From the NCBI RefSeq assembly GCF_003334335.1, contig NZ_QOWQ01000015.1: a DNA stretch of 64,000 bases, one strand, 5' to 3'. Both the position numbers and the translations under genes were made by a program. Each line of letters begins with the position of its first letter. Position 1 is the stretch's first letter. Shown piece by piece: positions 1 to 11,321 of the stretch. This DNA comes from Escherichia coli. GTDB taxonomy: Bacteria; Pseudomonadota; Gammaproteobacteria; Enterobacterales; Enterobacteriaceae. The notes below the pieces were generated by a model. That model was not told the DNA's origin, did not search any database, and was given only the letters and a program-made list of their open reading frames with translations.

Positions 1-94
1 CCGCCGGGAGCGGATTTGAACGTTGCGAAGCAACGGCCCGGAGGGTGGCGGGCAGGACGCCCGCCATAAACTGCCAGGCATCAAATTAAGCAGA

Positions 95-121
95 AGGCCA
101 TCCTGACGGATGGCCTTTTTG
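95..121 (+). terminator. rRNA-operon distal (T2-like) rho-independent terminator; window begins just 3' of an rrn operon
   Basis: GC-rich hairpin aaggccatcc/ggatggcctt followed by TTTTT; the preceding 1-90 (ccgccgggagcggatttgaacgttgcgaagcaacggcccggagggtggcgggcaggacgcccgccataaactgccaggcat) matches from recall the well-known rrn T1-T2 spacer/T2 region used in cloning vectors. Confidence 0.6.
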
Positions 122-182
122 CATTGGCGCAGAAAAAAATGCCGGATGCGACGCTGGCGCGTCTTATCCAGCCTACTCTTGC

Positions 183-710
183 TTATCCGTTCTGCTTTTG
201 CATCCACTCCACCACAAAATCAGCCAGCCCCTCAACATCATTAATATCCAGTAATGCGACATCAAGATTAAGCGGCACATCACTGGCTACAGCAATAACA
301 TGCCTGTCTATCACTAATTCTTCAGGTCGATGTCCGGCTCCATCGCGAAACAGCACAATCTTTGCGATCTCTTCATGCTTAAACCCTTCGACCAGAATCA
401 AATCCAGCTTTGAGGTATCCATTCGACTTGCGAGAAACTGTAGATCCAGCTCTTCTTCGTCTGGTGTTTCCGTCATCAAGGCCCATCGTTGCTGGCTGGC
501 AACGATGGTTTGTGCCGCGCCAGCCTTGCGCAGCTCATAGCTATCTTTGCCTGGCTTATCAACATCCATATCATGGTGCGTATGCTTAATCAGCCCTGGA
601 CGGATCCCTCTGGCGCATAATGCCGGGATCAGTTTTTTCAAAAGCGTAGTTTTTCCGGTACCACTCCACGCGGCAAAGGCGAGTAACGGTATCATCGTTT
701 TTCCTGCCAT
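183..710 (-). CDS. mobB: Molybdopterin-guanine dinucleotide biosynthesis adapter protein MobB
   Basis: 175-aa ORF; P-loop GTGKTT near N-terminus; sequence recognised by recall; 5' end overlaps mobA 3' end by 19 bp. Confidence 0.93.
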
Positions 711-1276
711 CGGGCAAGCTCCTCTGGCGTATTCACGTTAACAAATGCATCTTTATGATCGCTGAAATCAACCGCATGACCGCCAGCCAGACGCATAAAT
801 ACCATTACCCGGCGTTCTCCTGCTTGCAGATATTCCAGTAATAAAGGCTCAATAGCGCGGTTTACCAGAGCAATAGTCGGGTGATCGCGTTCACCGTCAT
901 GGACCCACACGACAGGCGCATCTTTGCGCTGATGATTAAGCCTGGCTGCTAAATCAGGGGGAATGTAAGGCGTATCGCACGGGCAAAACAAAAACCACTC
1001 ACCAGCTTCCTGCTGCATTACTGAAAGCATTCCTGCCAGAGGGCCTGGGTAATCCGCCAGTGAATCTTCAATCACTTTCAGACCGCTTGCCTGATAGATT
1101 TCCTGATGACGATTAGCATTAACCACGACGTGAGAGAGCTGCGTCATAAGCGCGTCAGCGACATGTTGCCATAATGGTTTGCCGTTTAATTCAAGCAATC
1201 CTTTATCTACGCCGCCCATTCGTCTGGCTTTACCGCCTGCCAGCACAACGCCTGTTATCGTCGTCATCAGATTCAC
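692..1276 (-). CDS. mobA: Molybdenum cofactor guanylyltransferase MobA
   Basis: 194-aa ORF; N-terminal nucleotidyltransferase motif [13 protein letters not shown]; recognised by recall. Confidence 0.93.
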
Positions 1277-1345
1277 CGATATCGCCTCTTTTATTGTGGG
1301 ATTGACCCTGCTAACGTGTCTGTCTCAAGAGTAAGGAGCATCACT

Positions 1346-1615
1346 ATGAAATGTAAACGTCTGAATGAAGTTATTGAACTCCTCCAGCCAGCCTGGCAAA
1401 AAGAGCCAGACCTTAACCTGCTGCAATTTTTGCAGAAACTGGCGAAAGAGTCAGGTTTTGACGGCGAACTGGCGGATTTGACGGATGACATTCTGATCTA
1501 TCACCTGAAAATGCGTGATTCCGCGAAAGATGCGGTGATCCCGGGTTTGCAGAAAGATTATGAAGAAGACTTCAAAACGGCGCTGTTACGCGCTCGCGGC
1601 GTAATTAAAGAGTAA
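1346..1615 (+). CDS. yihD: Conserved small protein YihD (DUF1040)
   Basis: ORF track starts at 1316, but AGGAGC Shine-Dalgarno at 1333-1338 places the start at ATG 1346 (MKCKRLNEV..., 89 aa); recognised by recall. Confidence 0.85.
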
Positions 1616-1691
1616 AAGCTTGTAAGCGGCGCCACCAAAATCATCGTGAAATGATATCCTTCGTCATTCGTAATGTTTTCCGGATGATGGG

Positions 1692-2678
1692 ATGAATAAC
1701 AGCGCTTTTACTTTCCAGACACTACACCCGGATACCATCATGGACGCTCTGTTTGAGCATGGGATCCGGGTGGATTCCGGTCTTACCCCGCTTAACAGCT
1801 ATGAAAACCGTGTCTATCAATTTCAGGACGAAGATCGTCGACGTTTTGTCGTCAAATTTTATCGCCCTGAACGTTGGACAGCCGATCAAATCCTCGAAGA
1901 ACATCAATTTGCGTTGCAGCTGGTAAATGATGAAGTTCCGGTCGCAGCACCTGTGGCCTTTAACGGTCAGACTTTATTGAATCATCAGGGATTTTATTTC
2001 GCTGTTTTTCCAAGCGTCGGTGGTCGCCAGTTCGAAGCTGATAATATCGATCAGATGGAAGCGGTTGGGCGTTATTTAGGGCGTATGCACCAGACGGGGC
2101 GCAAACAGCTTTTTATCCATCGCCCGACCATCGGTTTGAACGAATATCTCATTGAGCCACGCAAGCTGTTTGAGGACGCTACACTGATACCTTCCGGGTT
2201 GAAAGCGGCATTCCTGAAAGCGACAGATGAGCTGATTGCCGCCGTTACAGCACACTGGCGGGAAGATTTCACCGTTCTGCGGCTACATGGAGACTGCCAC
2301 GCCGGGAATATTCTCTGGCGCGATGGTCCAATGTTTGTTGATCTGGATGATGCACGTAATGGTCCAGCCGTTCAGGATTTGTGGATGTTGCTCAATGGCG
2401 ATAAAGCCGAGCAGCGGATGCAACTGGAAACTATTATTGAAGCTTATGAAGAATTTAGCGAGTTCGACACCGCTGAAATCGGACTGATTGAACCTTTACG
2501 CGCCATGCGTTTGGTTTATTATCTTGCCTGGCTAATGCGGCGTTGGGCTGATCCCGCGTTCCCGAAAAATTTCCCGTGGTTAACCGGGGAAGATTACTGG
2601 CTGCGACAGACGGCGACTTTTATAGAACAGGCAAAAGTTCTACAAGAACCCCCTTTGCAATTAACACCTATGTATTAA
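1692..2678 (+). CDS. srkA: Stress response Ser/Thr protein kinase SrkA (RdoA/YihE)
   Basis: 328-aa ORF; kinase catalytic motif HGDCHAGNILW and DLDD; recognised by recall. Confidence 0.93.
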   Translation: MNNSAFTFQTLHPDTIMDALFEHGIRVDSGLTPLNSYENRVYQFQDEDRRRFVVKFYRPERWTADQILEEHQFALQLVNDEVPVAAPVAFNGQTLLNHQGFYFAVFPSVGGRQFEADNIDQMEAVGRYLGRMHQTGRKQLFIHRPTIGLNEYLIEPRKLFEDATLIPSGLKAAFLKATDELIAAVTAHWREDFTVLRLHGDCHAGNILWRDGPMFVDLDDARNGPAVQDLWMLLNGDKAEQRMQLETIIEAYEEFSEFDTAEIGLIEPLRAMRLVYYLAWLMRRWADPAFPKNFPWLTGEDYWLRQTATFIEQAKVLQEPPLQLTPMY

Positions 2679-2694
2679 TCGGAGAGAGTAGATC

Positions 2695-3321
2695 ATGAAA
2701 AAGATTTGGCTGGCGCTGGCTGGTTTAGTTTTAGCGTTTAGCGCATCGGCGGCGCAGTATGAAGATGGTAAACAGTACACTACCCTGGAAAAACCGGTAG
2801 CTGGCGCGCCGCAAGTGCTGGAGTTTTTCTCTTTCTTCTGCCCGCACTGCTATCAGTTTGAAGAAGTTCTGCATATTTCTGATAATGTGAAGAAAAAACT
2901 GCCGGAAGGCGTGAAGATGACTAAATACCACGTCAACTTCATGGGTGGTGACCTGGGCAAAGATCTGACTCAGGCATGGGCTGTGGCGATGGCGCTGGGC
3001 GTGGAAGACAAAGTGACTGTTCCGCTGTTTGAAGGCGTACAGAAAACCCAGACCATTCGTTCTGCTTCTGATATCCGCGATGTATTTATCAACGCAGGTA
3101 TTAAAGGTGAAGAGTACGACGCGGCGTGGAACAGCTTCGTGGTGAAATCTCTGGTCGCTCAGCAGGAAAAAGCTGCAGCTGACGTGCAATTGCGTGGCGT
3201 TCCGGCGATGTTTGTTAACGGTAAATATCAGCTGAATCCGCAGGGTATGGATACCAGCAATATGGATGTTTTTGTTCAGCAGTATGCTGATACAGTGAAA
3301 TATCTGTCCGAGAAAAAATAA
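2695..3321 (+). CDS. dsbA: Periplasmic thiol:disulfide oxidoreductase DsbA
   Basis: 208-aa ORF; signal peptide [19 protein letters not shown]; thioredoxin-fold active site CPHC; recognised by recall. Confidence 0.97.
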
Positions 3322-3338
3322 TTCAATGTAAATTACAT

Positions 3339-3368
3339 AAAGCCCGTGAATATTCACGGGCTTTTTTT
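3339..3368 (+). terminator. Rho-independent terminator after dsbA
   Basis: Hairpin aaagcccgtgaatattcacgggc followed by a run of T. Confidence 0.8.
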
Positions 3369-3475
3369 ATTATTTAATAAATATAAATACATTCTGATAA
3401 TGCATCCTGCCGCTGGACATTATTTCAGCATAAGTGGATATTCAAAGTTTTGCTGTTTTATCAGGGAATATTTAT

Positions 3476-4906
3476 ATGATACGTAAGTCAGCTACAGGTG
3501 TTATTGTTGCGTTAGCCGTAATCTGGGGTGGTGGCACATGGTACACAGGTACGCAAATTCAGCCTGGTATCGAAAAATTTATTAAAGATTTTAACGATGC
3601 TAAAAAGAAAGGTGAACATGCCTACGATATGACGTTAAGTTATCAAAATTTTGACAAAGGCTTTTTTAATTCCCGTTTTCAAATGCAAATGACATTCGAT
3701 AACGGTGCACCCGATCTCAATATCAAGCCAGGCCAGAAAGTTGTATTTGATGTGGATGTTGAGCACGGTCCGTTGCCCATCACAATGTTAATGCATGGTA
3801 ATGTCATCCCAGCACTGGCAGCGGCAAAAGTGAACTTAGTGAATAATGAACTGACACAACCGCTATTTATCGCCGCGAAAAATAAATCGCCCGTGGAAGC
3901 GACATTGCGATTCGCGTTTGGTGGCTCATTCTCTACGACATTAGATGTTGCCCCTGCAGAGTATGGAAAGTTTTCTTTTGGTGAGGGCCAGTTTACTTTT
4001 AATGGTGATGGTAGTTCATTGTCTAACCTGGATATTGAAGGCAAAGTCGAAGATATTGTTCTGCAATTATCACCAATGAACAAAGTAACGGCAAAAAGTT
4101 TTACCATTGATTCTCTGGCGCGATTAGAAGAAAAGAAATTTCCGGTTGGTGAAAGCGAGTCGAAATTTAATCAGATTAACATTATCAATCACGGGGAAGA
4201 CGTTGCCCAAATCGATGCTTTCGTTGCAAAAACCAGGCTGGATCGCGTTAAAGACAAAGATTATATCAATGTCAATCTCACCTACGAACTTGATAAGTTA
4301 ACAAAAGGGAATCAGCAACTCGGTAGTGGTGAGTGGTCATTGATTGCTGAATCTATTGATCCCTCAGCAGTGCGCCAATTTATCATCCAGTATAACATTG
4401 CGATGCAGAAGCAGCTTGCTGCACACCCTGAGTTAGCAAACGATGAAGTTGCTCTGCAAGAAGTGAATGCTGCATTGTTCAAAGAGTATTTACCGTTATT
4501 ACAAAAAAGTGAGCCGACCATTAAACAACCGGTAAGATGGAAGAACGCACTCGGCGAACTAAATGCCAATCTGGATATCAGTATTGCCGACCCAGCCAAA
4601 TCTTCATCATCCACAAACAAAGATATCAAATCGCTCAATTTTGATGTGAAGTTACCGCTTAATGTCGTCACAGAAACCGCAAAACAGCTTAATTTATCTG
4701 AAGGAATGGATGCGGAAAAAGCGCAAAAGCAGGCTGATAAACAAATCAGCGGGATGATGACATTAGGTCAGATGTTTCAGTTAATCACGATTGACAACAA
4801 TACCGCCTCGCTGCAGCTGCGTTATACACCGGGTAAAGTTGTTTTTAACGGACAGGAGATGAGCGAAGAAGAATTTATGTCTCGTGCCGGACGTTTTGTT
4901 CATTAA
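3476..4906 (+). CDS. yihF: DUF945-family putative GTP-binding/outer-membrane-associated protein YihF
   Basis: Long ORF; start placed at ATG 3476 (MIRKSATGVIV..., 476 aa) rather than ORF-track 3434; N-terminal hydrophobic segment; recognised by recall. Confidence 0.85.
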   Translation: MIRKSATGVIVALAVIWGGGTWYTGTQIQPGIEKFIKDFNDAKKKGEHAYDMTLSYQNFDKGFFNSRFQMQMTFDNGAPDLNIKPGQKVVFDVDVEHGPLPITMLMHGNVIPALAAAKVNLVNNELTQPLFIAAKNKSPVEATLRFAFGGSFSTTLDVAPAEYGKFSFGEGQFTFNGDGSSLSNLDIEGKVEDIVLQLSPMNKVTAKSFTIDSLARLEEKKFPVGESESKFNQINIINHGEDVAQIDAFVAKTRLDRVKDKDYINVNLTYELDKLTKGNQQLGSGEWSLIAESIDPSAVRQFIIQYNIAMQKQLAAHPELANDEVALQEVNAALFKEYLPLLQKSEPTIKQPVRWKNALGELNANLDISIADPAKSSSSTNKDIKSLNFDVKLPLNVVTETAKQLNLSEGMDAEKAQKQADKQISGMMTLGQMFQLITIDNNTASLQLRYTPGKVVFNGQEMSEEEFMSRAGRFVH

Positions 4907-4912
4907 AATACT

Positions 4913-4941
4913 CACTCGCCTCTGCTCATTCAGAGGCGAGT
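4913..4941. terminator. Bidirectional terminator hairpin between convergent yihF and yihG
   Basis: Inverted repeat actcgcctctg / cagaggcgagt with 7-nt loop located between two convergent stop codons. Confidence 0.6.
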
Positions 4942-4946
4942 AAAAC

Positions 4947-5879
4947 TTACTTATTCTGACGCTGTGATGACATGAGAGACGTCAGAAGCCGGTCTTTTTC
5001 CTGCCACAATGAGTTCAGCCATTGCTGAAAATGGCGCTTAAAGCTTTTGTCATTGATGTAGTCGCCATGTAACTCATCGGCAATAGGCTGTAAATCCACA
5101 TGTACGACAATCCGCGTCAGTTTACCGCTTAACATATCGAAGAACGGCTGACGGTTATTGTCCGGATAACACAGCGTAACATTAAGCAGTTTATCGAATT
5201 GTTTACCCAGTACATTTAGCGCCATCGCAATGCCTGCCGCCTTTGGTGGCAACAAGTTTTGAAAAGTGGAGTGGGTTTGCTGATGTTTTTCTTGCGTGAA
5301 ACGGGAGCCTTCAACGAAATTGACAATGGTGGTGGGATGCAGGCGAAACTTTTCACAAGAACGCCGAGTGGTTTCAACATCTTTACCACGTCGCTCCGGA
5401 TGACGTAATAAATAAGCGCGGGAATAACGCTTCATAAACGGCATATCCAGCGACCAGCACGCCAGGCCAAGAAATGGCACCCAGGCCAGCTGTTGCTTGA
5501 GGAAATATTTATTCATCGGAATGTGCTTACGAAACAGCACGCACAGTACGACAATATCTGCCCAACTACGGTGGTTACAAATAAGCAGATACCAGTTCTT
5601 CTTACTTAACCCTTCCAGCCCGTGAACTTCCCATTGAAGGTGTGGGTTCAGATGCAGTAATACCGCCAGACCTTCACACCAGCAATACATCATAAAATCA
5701 CAAAAACGCGAAACCTTTCGCCAAATGACTGGCACAGGTAGCAATAGTTTTACAATCCCGGCAATGATGATCGGGACGGAACAAAAAATAGTGACCAAAA
5801 TGGTCAATACGATACTCAGCAAAAGGGTTATCGCAGCGAGTATTCTCGTCATAATGAATTTATTCAAAAGGTTAGCCAT
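4947..5879 (-). CDS. yihG: PlsC-family acyltransferase YihG (1-acyl-sn-glycerol-3-phosphate acyltransferase homolog)
   Basis: ORF 4947..5903; start placed at internal ATG 5879 ([10 protein letters not shown]..., 310 aa) by recall of annotated length; N-terminal TM segment; acyltransferase NHRSWAD (HX4D) motif. Confidence 0.85.
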
Positions 5880-6109
5880 AGACAGTGCGCTAAAGAAGCG
5901 CAAGGCGCAGATTTTAGCAGAAAACGACCCAAATAACGGATGATCCTTAAGGAGAAAAATAATTCATATCTATCCACATTAGAAAAAATCCCATTATCTC
6001 AATTATTAGGGATGGATTTATTTTTAACTGCATGAAAAACAAAGACAAACATCATGCTGTAAAAAGCATGATAATAAATTAAAAGCGATGTAAATAATTT
6101 ATGCACAAA

Positions 6110-6118
6110 GTTATCCAC
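6110..6118 (+). promoter_or_regulatory. Consensus DnaA box (TTATCCACA) in polA promoter region
   Basis: Exact 9-mer TTATCCACA at 6110-6118; a second 8/9 match (cTATCCACA) at 5970-5978; DnaA control of polA is established knowledge. Confidence 0.6.
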
Positions 6119-6242
6119 ATGACGATTTGCGAGCGATCCAGAAGATCTACAAAAGATTTTCACGAAAAGCGGTGAAAAACTCATGTTTTCATCCTGTCTG
6201 TGGCATCCTTTACCCATAATCTGATAAACAGGCACGGACATT

Positions 6243-9029
6243 ATGGTTCAGATCCCCCAAAATCCACTTATCCTTGTAGATGGTTCATCTTATCTTTATC
6301 GCGCATATCACGCGTTTCCCCCGCTGACTAACAGCGCAGGCGAGCCGACCGGTGCGATGTATGGTGTCCTCAACATGCTGCGCAGTCTGATCATGCAATA
6401 TAAACCGACGCATGCAGCGGTGGTCTTTGACGCCAAGGGAAAAACCTTTCGTGATGAACTGTTTGAACATTACAAATCACATCGCCCGCCAATGCCGGAC
6501 GATCTGCGTGCACAAATCGAACCCTTGCACGCGATGGTTAAAGCGATGGGACTGCCGCTGCTGGCGGTTTCTGGCGTAGAAGCGGACGACGTTATCGGTA
6601 CTCTGGCGCGCGAAGCCGAAAAAGCCGGGCGTCCGGTGCTGATCAGCACTGGCGATAAAGATATGGCGCAGCTGGTGACGCCAAATATTACGCTTATCAA
6701 TACCATGACGAATACCATCCTCGGACCGGAAGAGGTGGTGAATAAGTACGGCGTGCCGCCAGAACTGATCATCGATTTCCTGGCGCTGATGGGTGACTCC
6801 TCTGATAACATTCCTGGCGTACCGGGCGTCGGTGAAAAAACCGCGCAGGCATTGCTGCAAGGTCTTGGCGGACTGGATACGCTGTATGCCGAGCCAGAAA
6901 AAATTGCTGGGTTGAGCTTCCGTGGCGCGAAAACAATGGCAGCGAAGCTCGAGCAAAACAAAGAAGTTGCTTATCTCTCATACCAGCTGGCGACGATTAA
7001 AACCGACGTTGAACTGGAGCTGACCTGTGAACAACTGGAAGTGCAGCAACCGGCAGCGGAAGAGTTGTTGGGGCTGTTCAAAAAGTATGAGTTCAAACGC
7101 TGGACTGCTGATGTCGAAGCGGGCAAATGGTTACAGGCCAAAGGGGCAAAACCAGCCGCGAAGCCACAGGAAACCAGTGTTGCAGACGAAGCACCAGAAG
7201 TGACGGCAACGGTGATTTCTTATGACAACTACGTCACCATCCTTGATGAAGAAACACTGAAAGCGTGGATTGCGAAGCTGGAAAAAGCGCCGGTATTTGC
7301 ATTTGATACCGAAACCGACAGCCTTGATAACATCTCTGCTAACCTGGTCGGGCTTTCTTTTGCTATCGAGCCAGGCGTAGCGGCATATATTCCGGTTGCT
7401 CATGATTATCTTGATGCGCCCGATCAAATCTCTCGCGAGCGTGCACTCGAGTTGCTAAAACCGCTGCTGGAAGATGAAAAGGCGCTGAAGGTCGGGCAAA
7501 ACCTGAAATACGATCGCGGTATTCTGGCGAACTACGGCATTGAACTGCGTGGGATTGCGTTTGATACCATGCTGGAGTCCTACATTCTCAATAGCGTTGC
7601 CGGGCGTCACGATATGGACAGCCTCGCGGAACGTTGGTTGAAGCACAAAACCATCACTTTTGAAGAGATTGCTGGTAAAGGCAAAAATCAACTGACCTTT
7701 AACCAGATTGCCCTCGAAGAAGCCGGACGTTACGCCGCCGAAGATGCAGATGTCACCTTGCAGTTGCATCTGAAAATGTGGCCGGATCTGCAAAAACACA
7801 AAGGGCCGTTGAACGTCTTCGAGAATATCGAAATGCCGCTGGTGCCGGTGCTTTCACGCATTGAACGTAACGGTGTGAAGATCGATCCGAAAGTGCTGCA
7901 CAATCATTCTGAAGAGCTCACCCTTCGTCTGGCTGAGCTGGAAAAGAAAGCGCATGAAATTGCAGGTGAGGAATTTAACCTTTCTTCCACCAAGCAGTTA
8001 CAAACCATTCTCTTTGAAAAACAGGGCATTAAACCGCTGAAGAAAACGCCGGGTGGCGCGCCGTCAACGTCGGAAGAGGTACTGGAAGAACTGGCGCTGG
8101 ACTATCCGTTGCCAAAAGTGATTCTGGAGTATCGTGGTCTGGCGAAGCTGAAATCGACCTACACCGACAAGCTGCCGCTGATGATCAACCCGAAAACCGG
8201 GCGTGTGCATACCTCTTATCACCAGGCAGTAACTGCAACGGGACGTTTATCGTCAACCGATCCTAACCTGCAAAACATTCCGGTGCGTAACGAAGAAGGT
8301 CGTCGTATCCGCCAGGCGTTTATTGCGCCAGAGGATTATGTGATTGTCTCAGCGGACTACTCGCAGATTGAACTGCGCATTATGGCGCATCTTTCGCGTG
8401 ACAAAGGCTTGCTGACCGCATTCGCGGAAGGAAAAGATATCCACCGGGCAACGGCGGCAGAAGTGTTTGGTTTGCCACTGGAAACCGTCACCAGCGAGCA
8501 ACGCCGTAGCGCGAAAGCGATCAACTTTGGTCTGATTTATGGCATGAGTGCTTTCGGTCTGGCGCGGCAATTGAACATTCCACGTAAAGAAGCGCAGAAG
8601 TACATGGACCTTTACTTCGAACGCTACCCTGGCGTGCTGGAGTATATGGAACGCACCCGTGCTCAGGCGAAAGAGCAGGGCTACGTTGAAACGCTGGACG
8701 GACGCCGTCTGTATCTGCCGGATATCAAATCCAGCAATGGTGCTCGTCGTGCAGCGGCTGAACGTGCAGCCATTAACGCGCCAATGCAGGGAACCGCCGC
8801 CGACATTATCAAACGGGCGATGATTGCCGTTGATGCGTGGTTACAGGCTGAGCAACCGCGTGTACGTATGATCATGCAGGTACACGATGAACTGGTATTT
8901 GAAGTTCATAAAGATGATGTTGATGCCGTCGCGAAGCAGATTCATCAACTGATGGAAAACTGTACCCGTCTGGATGTGCCGTTGCTGGTGGAAGTGGGGA
9001 GTGGCGAAAACTGGGATCAGGCGCACTAA
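6243..9029 (+). CDS. polA: DNA polymerase I
   Basis: 928-aa ORF; 5'-3' exonuclease N-terminal domain, 3'-5' exonuclease (FDTETDSL), polymerase motifs [27 protein letters not shown]; recognised by recall. Confidence 0.98.
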
Positions 9030-9175
9030 GATTCGCCTGAACATGCCTTTTTTCGTAAGTAAGCAACATAAGCTGTCACGTTTTGTGATGGCTATTAGAA
9101 ATTCCTATGCAACAACTGAAAAAAAATTACAAAAAGTGCTTTCTGAACTGAACAAAAAAGAGTAAAGTTAGTCGC

Positions 9176-9284
9176 GTAGGGTACAGAGGTAAGATGTTCT
9201 ATCTTTCAGACCTTTTACTTCACGTAATCGGATTTGGCTGAATATTTTAGCCGCCCCAGTCAGTAATGACTGGGGCGTTTTTTA
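9176..9284 (+). ncRNA. spf: Spot 42 small regulatory RNA
   Basis: Sequence GTAGGGTACAGAGGTAAGATGTTCTATCTTTCAGACC...GCCGCCCCAGTCAGTAATGACTGGGGCGTTTTTTA matches Spot 42 from recall; ends in an intrinsic terminator. Confidence 0.92.
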
Positions 9285-9409
9285 TTGGGCGAAAGAAAAG
9301 ATCCGTAATGCCTGATGCGCTATGTTTATCAGGCCAACGGTAGAATTGTAATCTATTGAATTTACGGGCCGGATACGCCACATCCGGCACAAGCATTAAG
9401 GCAAGAAAA

Positions 9410-10042
9410 TTATTCGCCGTCCTGCGTTTCTTCTACAGGCTGCATCTCGCTAAACCAGGTATCCAGTTTCTGCCGCAGCTTGTCCACGCCTTGTTTCTTC
9501 AACGAAGAAAACGTTTCAACCTGCACATCACCGTTAAACGCCAGTACAGCTTCACGCACCATATTCAATTGCGCTTTACGTGCGCCGCTTGCCAGTTTGT
9601 CCGCTTTGGTCAGCAGCACCAGAACGGCGATATTGCTGTCTACCGCCCACTCAATCATCTGCTGATCCAAATCTTTCAGCGGATGGCGAATATCCATTAG
9701 CACCACCAGACCTTGCAGGCTCTGACGTTTTTCGAGGTATTCGCCGAGCGCACGCTGCCATTTGCGCTTCATCTCTTCCGGGACTTCCGCATAACCGTAC
9801 CCAGGCAAGTCAACCAGACGCTTGCCGTCAGCCACTTCAAACAGGTTGATAAGCTGGGTGCGCCCTGGGGTTTTTGAGGTACGAGCCAGGCTTTTCTGGT
9901 TAGTCAGCGTGTTCAGCGCGCTGGATTTACCTGCGTTGGAACGGCCTGCAAAAGCCACTTCAATTCCGGTATCGGAAGGTAGGTGGCGAATATCAGGCGC
10001 ACTCATCACAAAATGCGTCTGTTGATAATTCAAATTAGTCAA
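9410..10042 (-). CDS. engB: Ribosome biogenesis GTP-binding protein EngB (YihA)
   Basis: 210-aa ORF; G1 motif [15 protein letters not shown] switch region; recognised by recall. Confidence 0.95.
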
Positions 10043-10312
10043 AGCGGTCGTCTCCGTCAGTCAAAGCTTTGTGGCGATTATACCTGAACCATAATAAAAG
10101 GCGGATTTTTCGGCGTGAGCGTTGTAAGTAAAAGCCATACGCTTTGTGAGACATTGCCGATAGTCTTTATGCGAAATAGCAGAGAAAATTCTGCGATGCA
10201 TGTCAAATAAGCTATATAAATCAGTGAATTGCTTTTATATAAAACTCTGAAAATGTGCAAATACTGATGGCGGTTGATTGTTTGTTTAAAGCAAAGGCGT
10301 AAAGTAGCACCC

Positions 10313-10556
10313 ATAGAGCGAGGACGCTAACAGGAACAATGACTCAGGATGAGGGTCAGGAGCGCCAGGAGGCGAAGACAGAGGATTGTCAGGAAGACAA
10401 ACGTCCGGAGACGTAATTAAACGGAAATGGAATCAACACGGATTGTTCCGGCTAAAGGAAAAACAGGGTGTGTTGGCGGCCTGCAAGGATTGTAAGACCC
10501 GTTAAGGGTTATGAGTCAGGAAAAAAGGCGACAGAGTAATCTGTCGCCTTTTTTCT
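10313..10556 (+). ncRNA. csrC: CsrC, CsrA-sequestering small RNA
   Basis: About 245 nt with at least 13 GGA/AGGA motifs on the + strand and a 3' hairpin aggcgacagagtaatctgtcgcct plus T-run (10525-10554); matches CsrC by recall; ends are approximate. Confidence 0.85.
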
Positions 10557-10623
10557 TTGCTTGCTTTCTGTTAGATTCCGCCGCAAATCTATACTGAATA
10601 AAACGGCTAAAAGACGAACCATT

Positions 10624-11133
10624 ATGAAACCATCATCTTCAAACTCACGCAGCAAAGGTCATGCAAAAGCGCGTCGAAAAACACGCGAGGAGCTGGATCA
10701 GGAAGCTCGTGATCGCAAGCGTCAGAAAAAACGTCGTGGTCATGCGCCGGGCAGCCGCGCAGCGGGCGGAAACACCACGTCAGGCAGCAAAGGCCAGAAC
10801 GCACCAAAAGATCCACGTATTGGCAGTAAAACCCCTATTCCATTGGGCGTGACTGAAAAAGTCACCAAACAGCACAAACCGAAGAGTGAGAAACCTATGC
10901 TTTCACCGCAGGCGGAGTTGGAATTACTGGAAACGGATGAGCGTCTGGATGCGCTGCTGGAACGTCTGGAAGCAGGCGAAACCCTGAGTGCCGAAGAGCA
11001 ATCCTGGGTGGATGCTAAACTGGATCGTATTGATGAGTTGATGCAGAAACTCGGCCTCTCTTATGACGATGACGAAGAAGAGGAAGAAGACGAGAAGCAA
11101 GAAGACATGATGCGTCTGCTGCGGGGCAACTAA
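10624..11133 (+). CDS. yihI: Der GTPase-activating protein YihI
   Basis: Start placed at ATG 10624 ([19 protein letters not shown]..., 169 aa), not ORF-track 10561 which runs into the CsrC terminator; basic N-terminus, acidic C-terminus [10 protein letters not shown]. Confidence 0.9.
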   Translation: MKPSSSNSRSKGHAKARRKTREELDQEARDRKRQKKRRGHAPGSRAAGGNTTSGSKGQNAPKDPRIGSKTPIPLGVTEKVTKQHKPKSEKPMLSPQAELELLETDERLDALLERLEAGETLSAEEQSWVDAKLDRIDELMQKLGLSYDDDEEEEEDEKQEDMMRLLRGN

Positions 11134-11321
11134 CGGATTGCCGCCGTGGGCCTTCCCGTTCTGCTGATAACCCTTCCGGTTATATGTTATCTGGTGTGGT
11201 TATTCGTTAAACTACAGCGGTTGTCGCGGCGACAAAAGTGGCTGCGCAACCGGCTGATGACCCGAAACGGGCATCCGCCGGTACGCCGTAGCCGCCAGAG
11301 ACGCCATCGGAAGGAGTGAGC

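Noticed and set aside
8974-9165. 63-aa ORF between polA and spf
   Set aside because: Overlaps the polA 3' end and the Spot 42 promoter, has no Shine-Dalgarno, and its composition does not look protein-like.
10561-10623. ORF-track N-terminal extension of yihI
   Set aside because: The extension would start inside the CsrC terminator hairpin; the Met at 10624 matches the recalled 169-aa protein.
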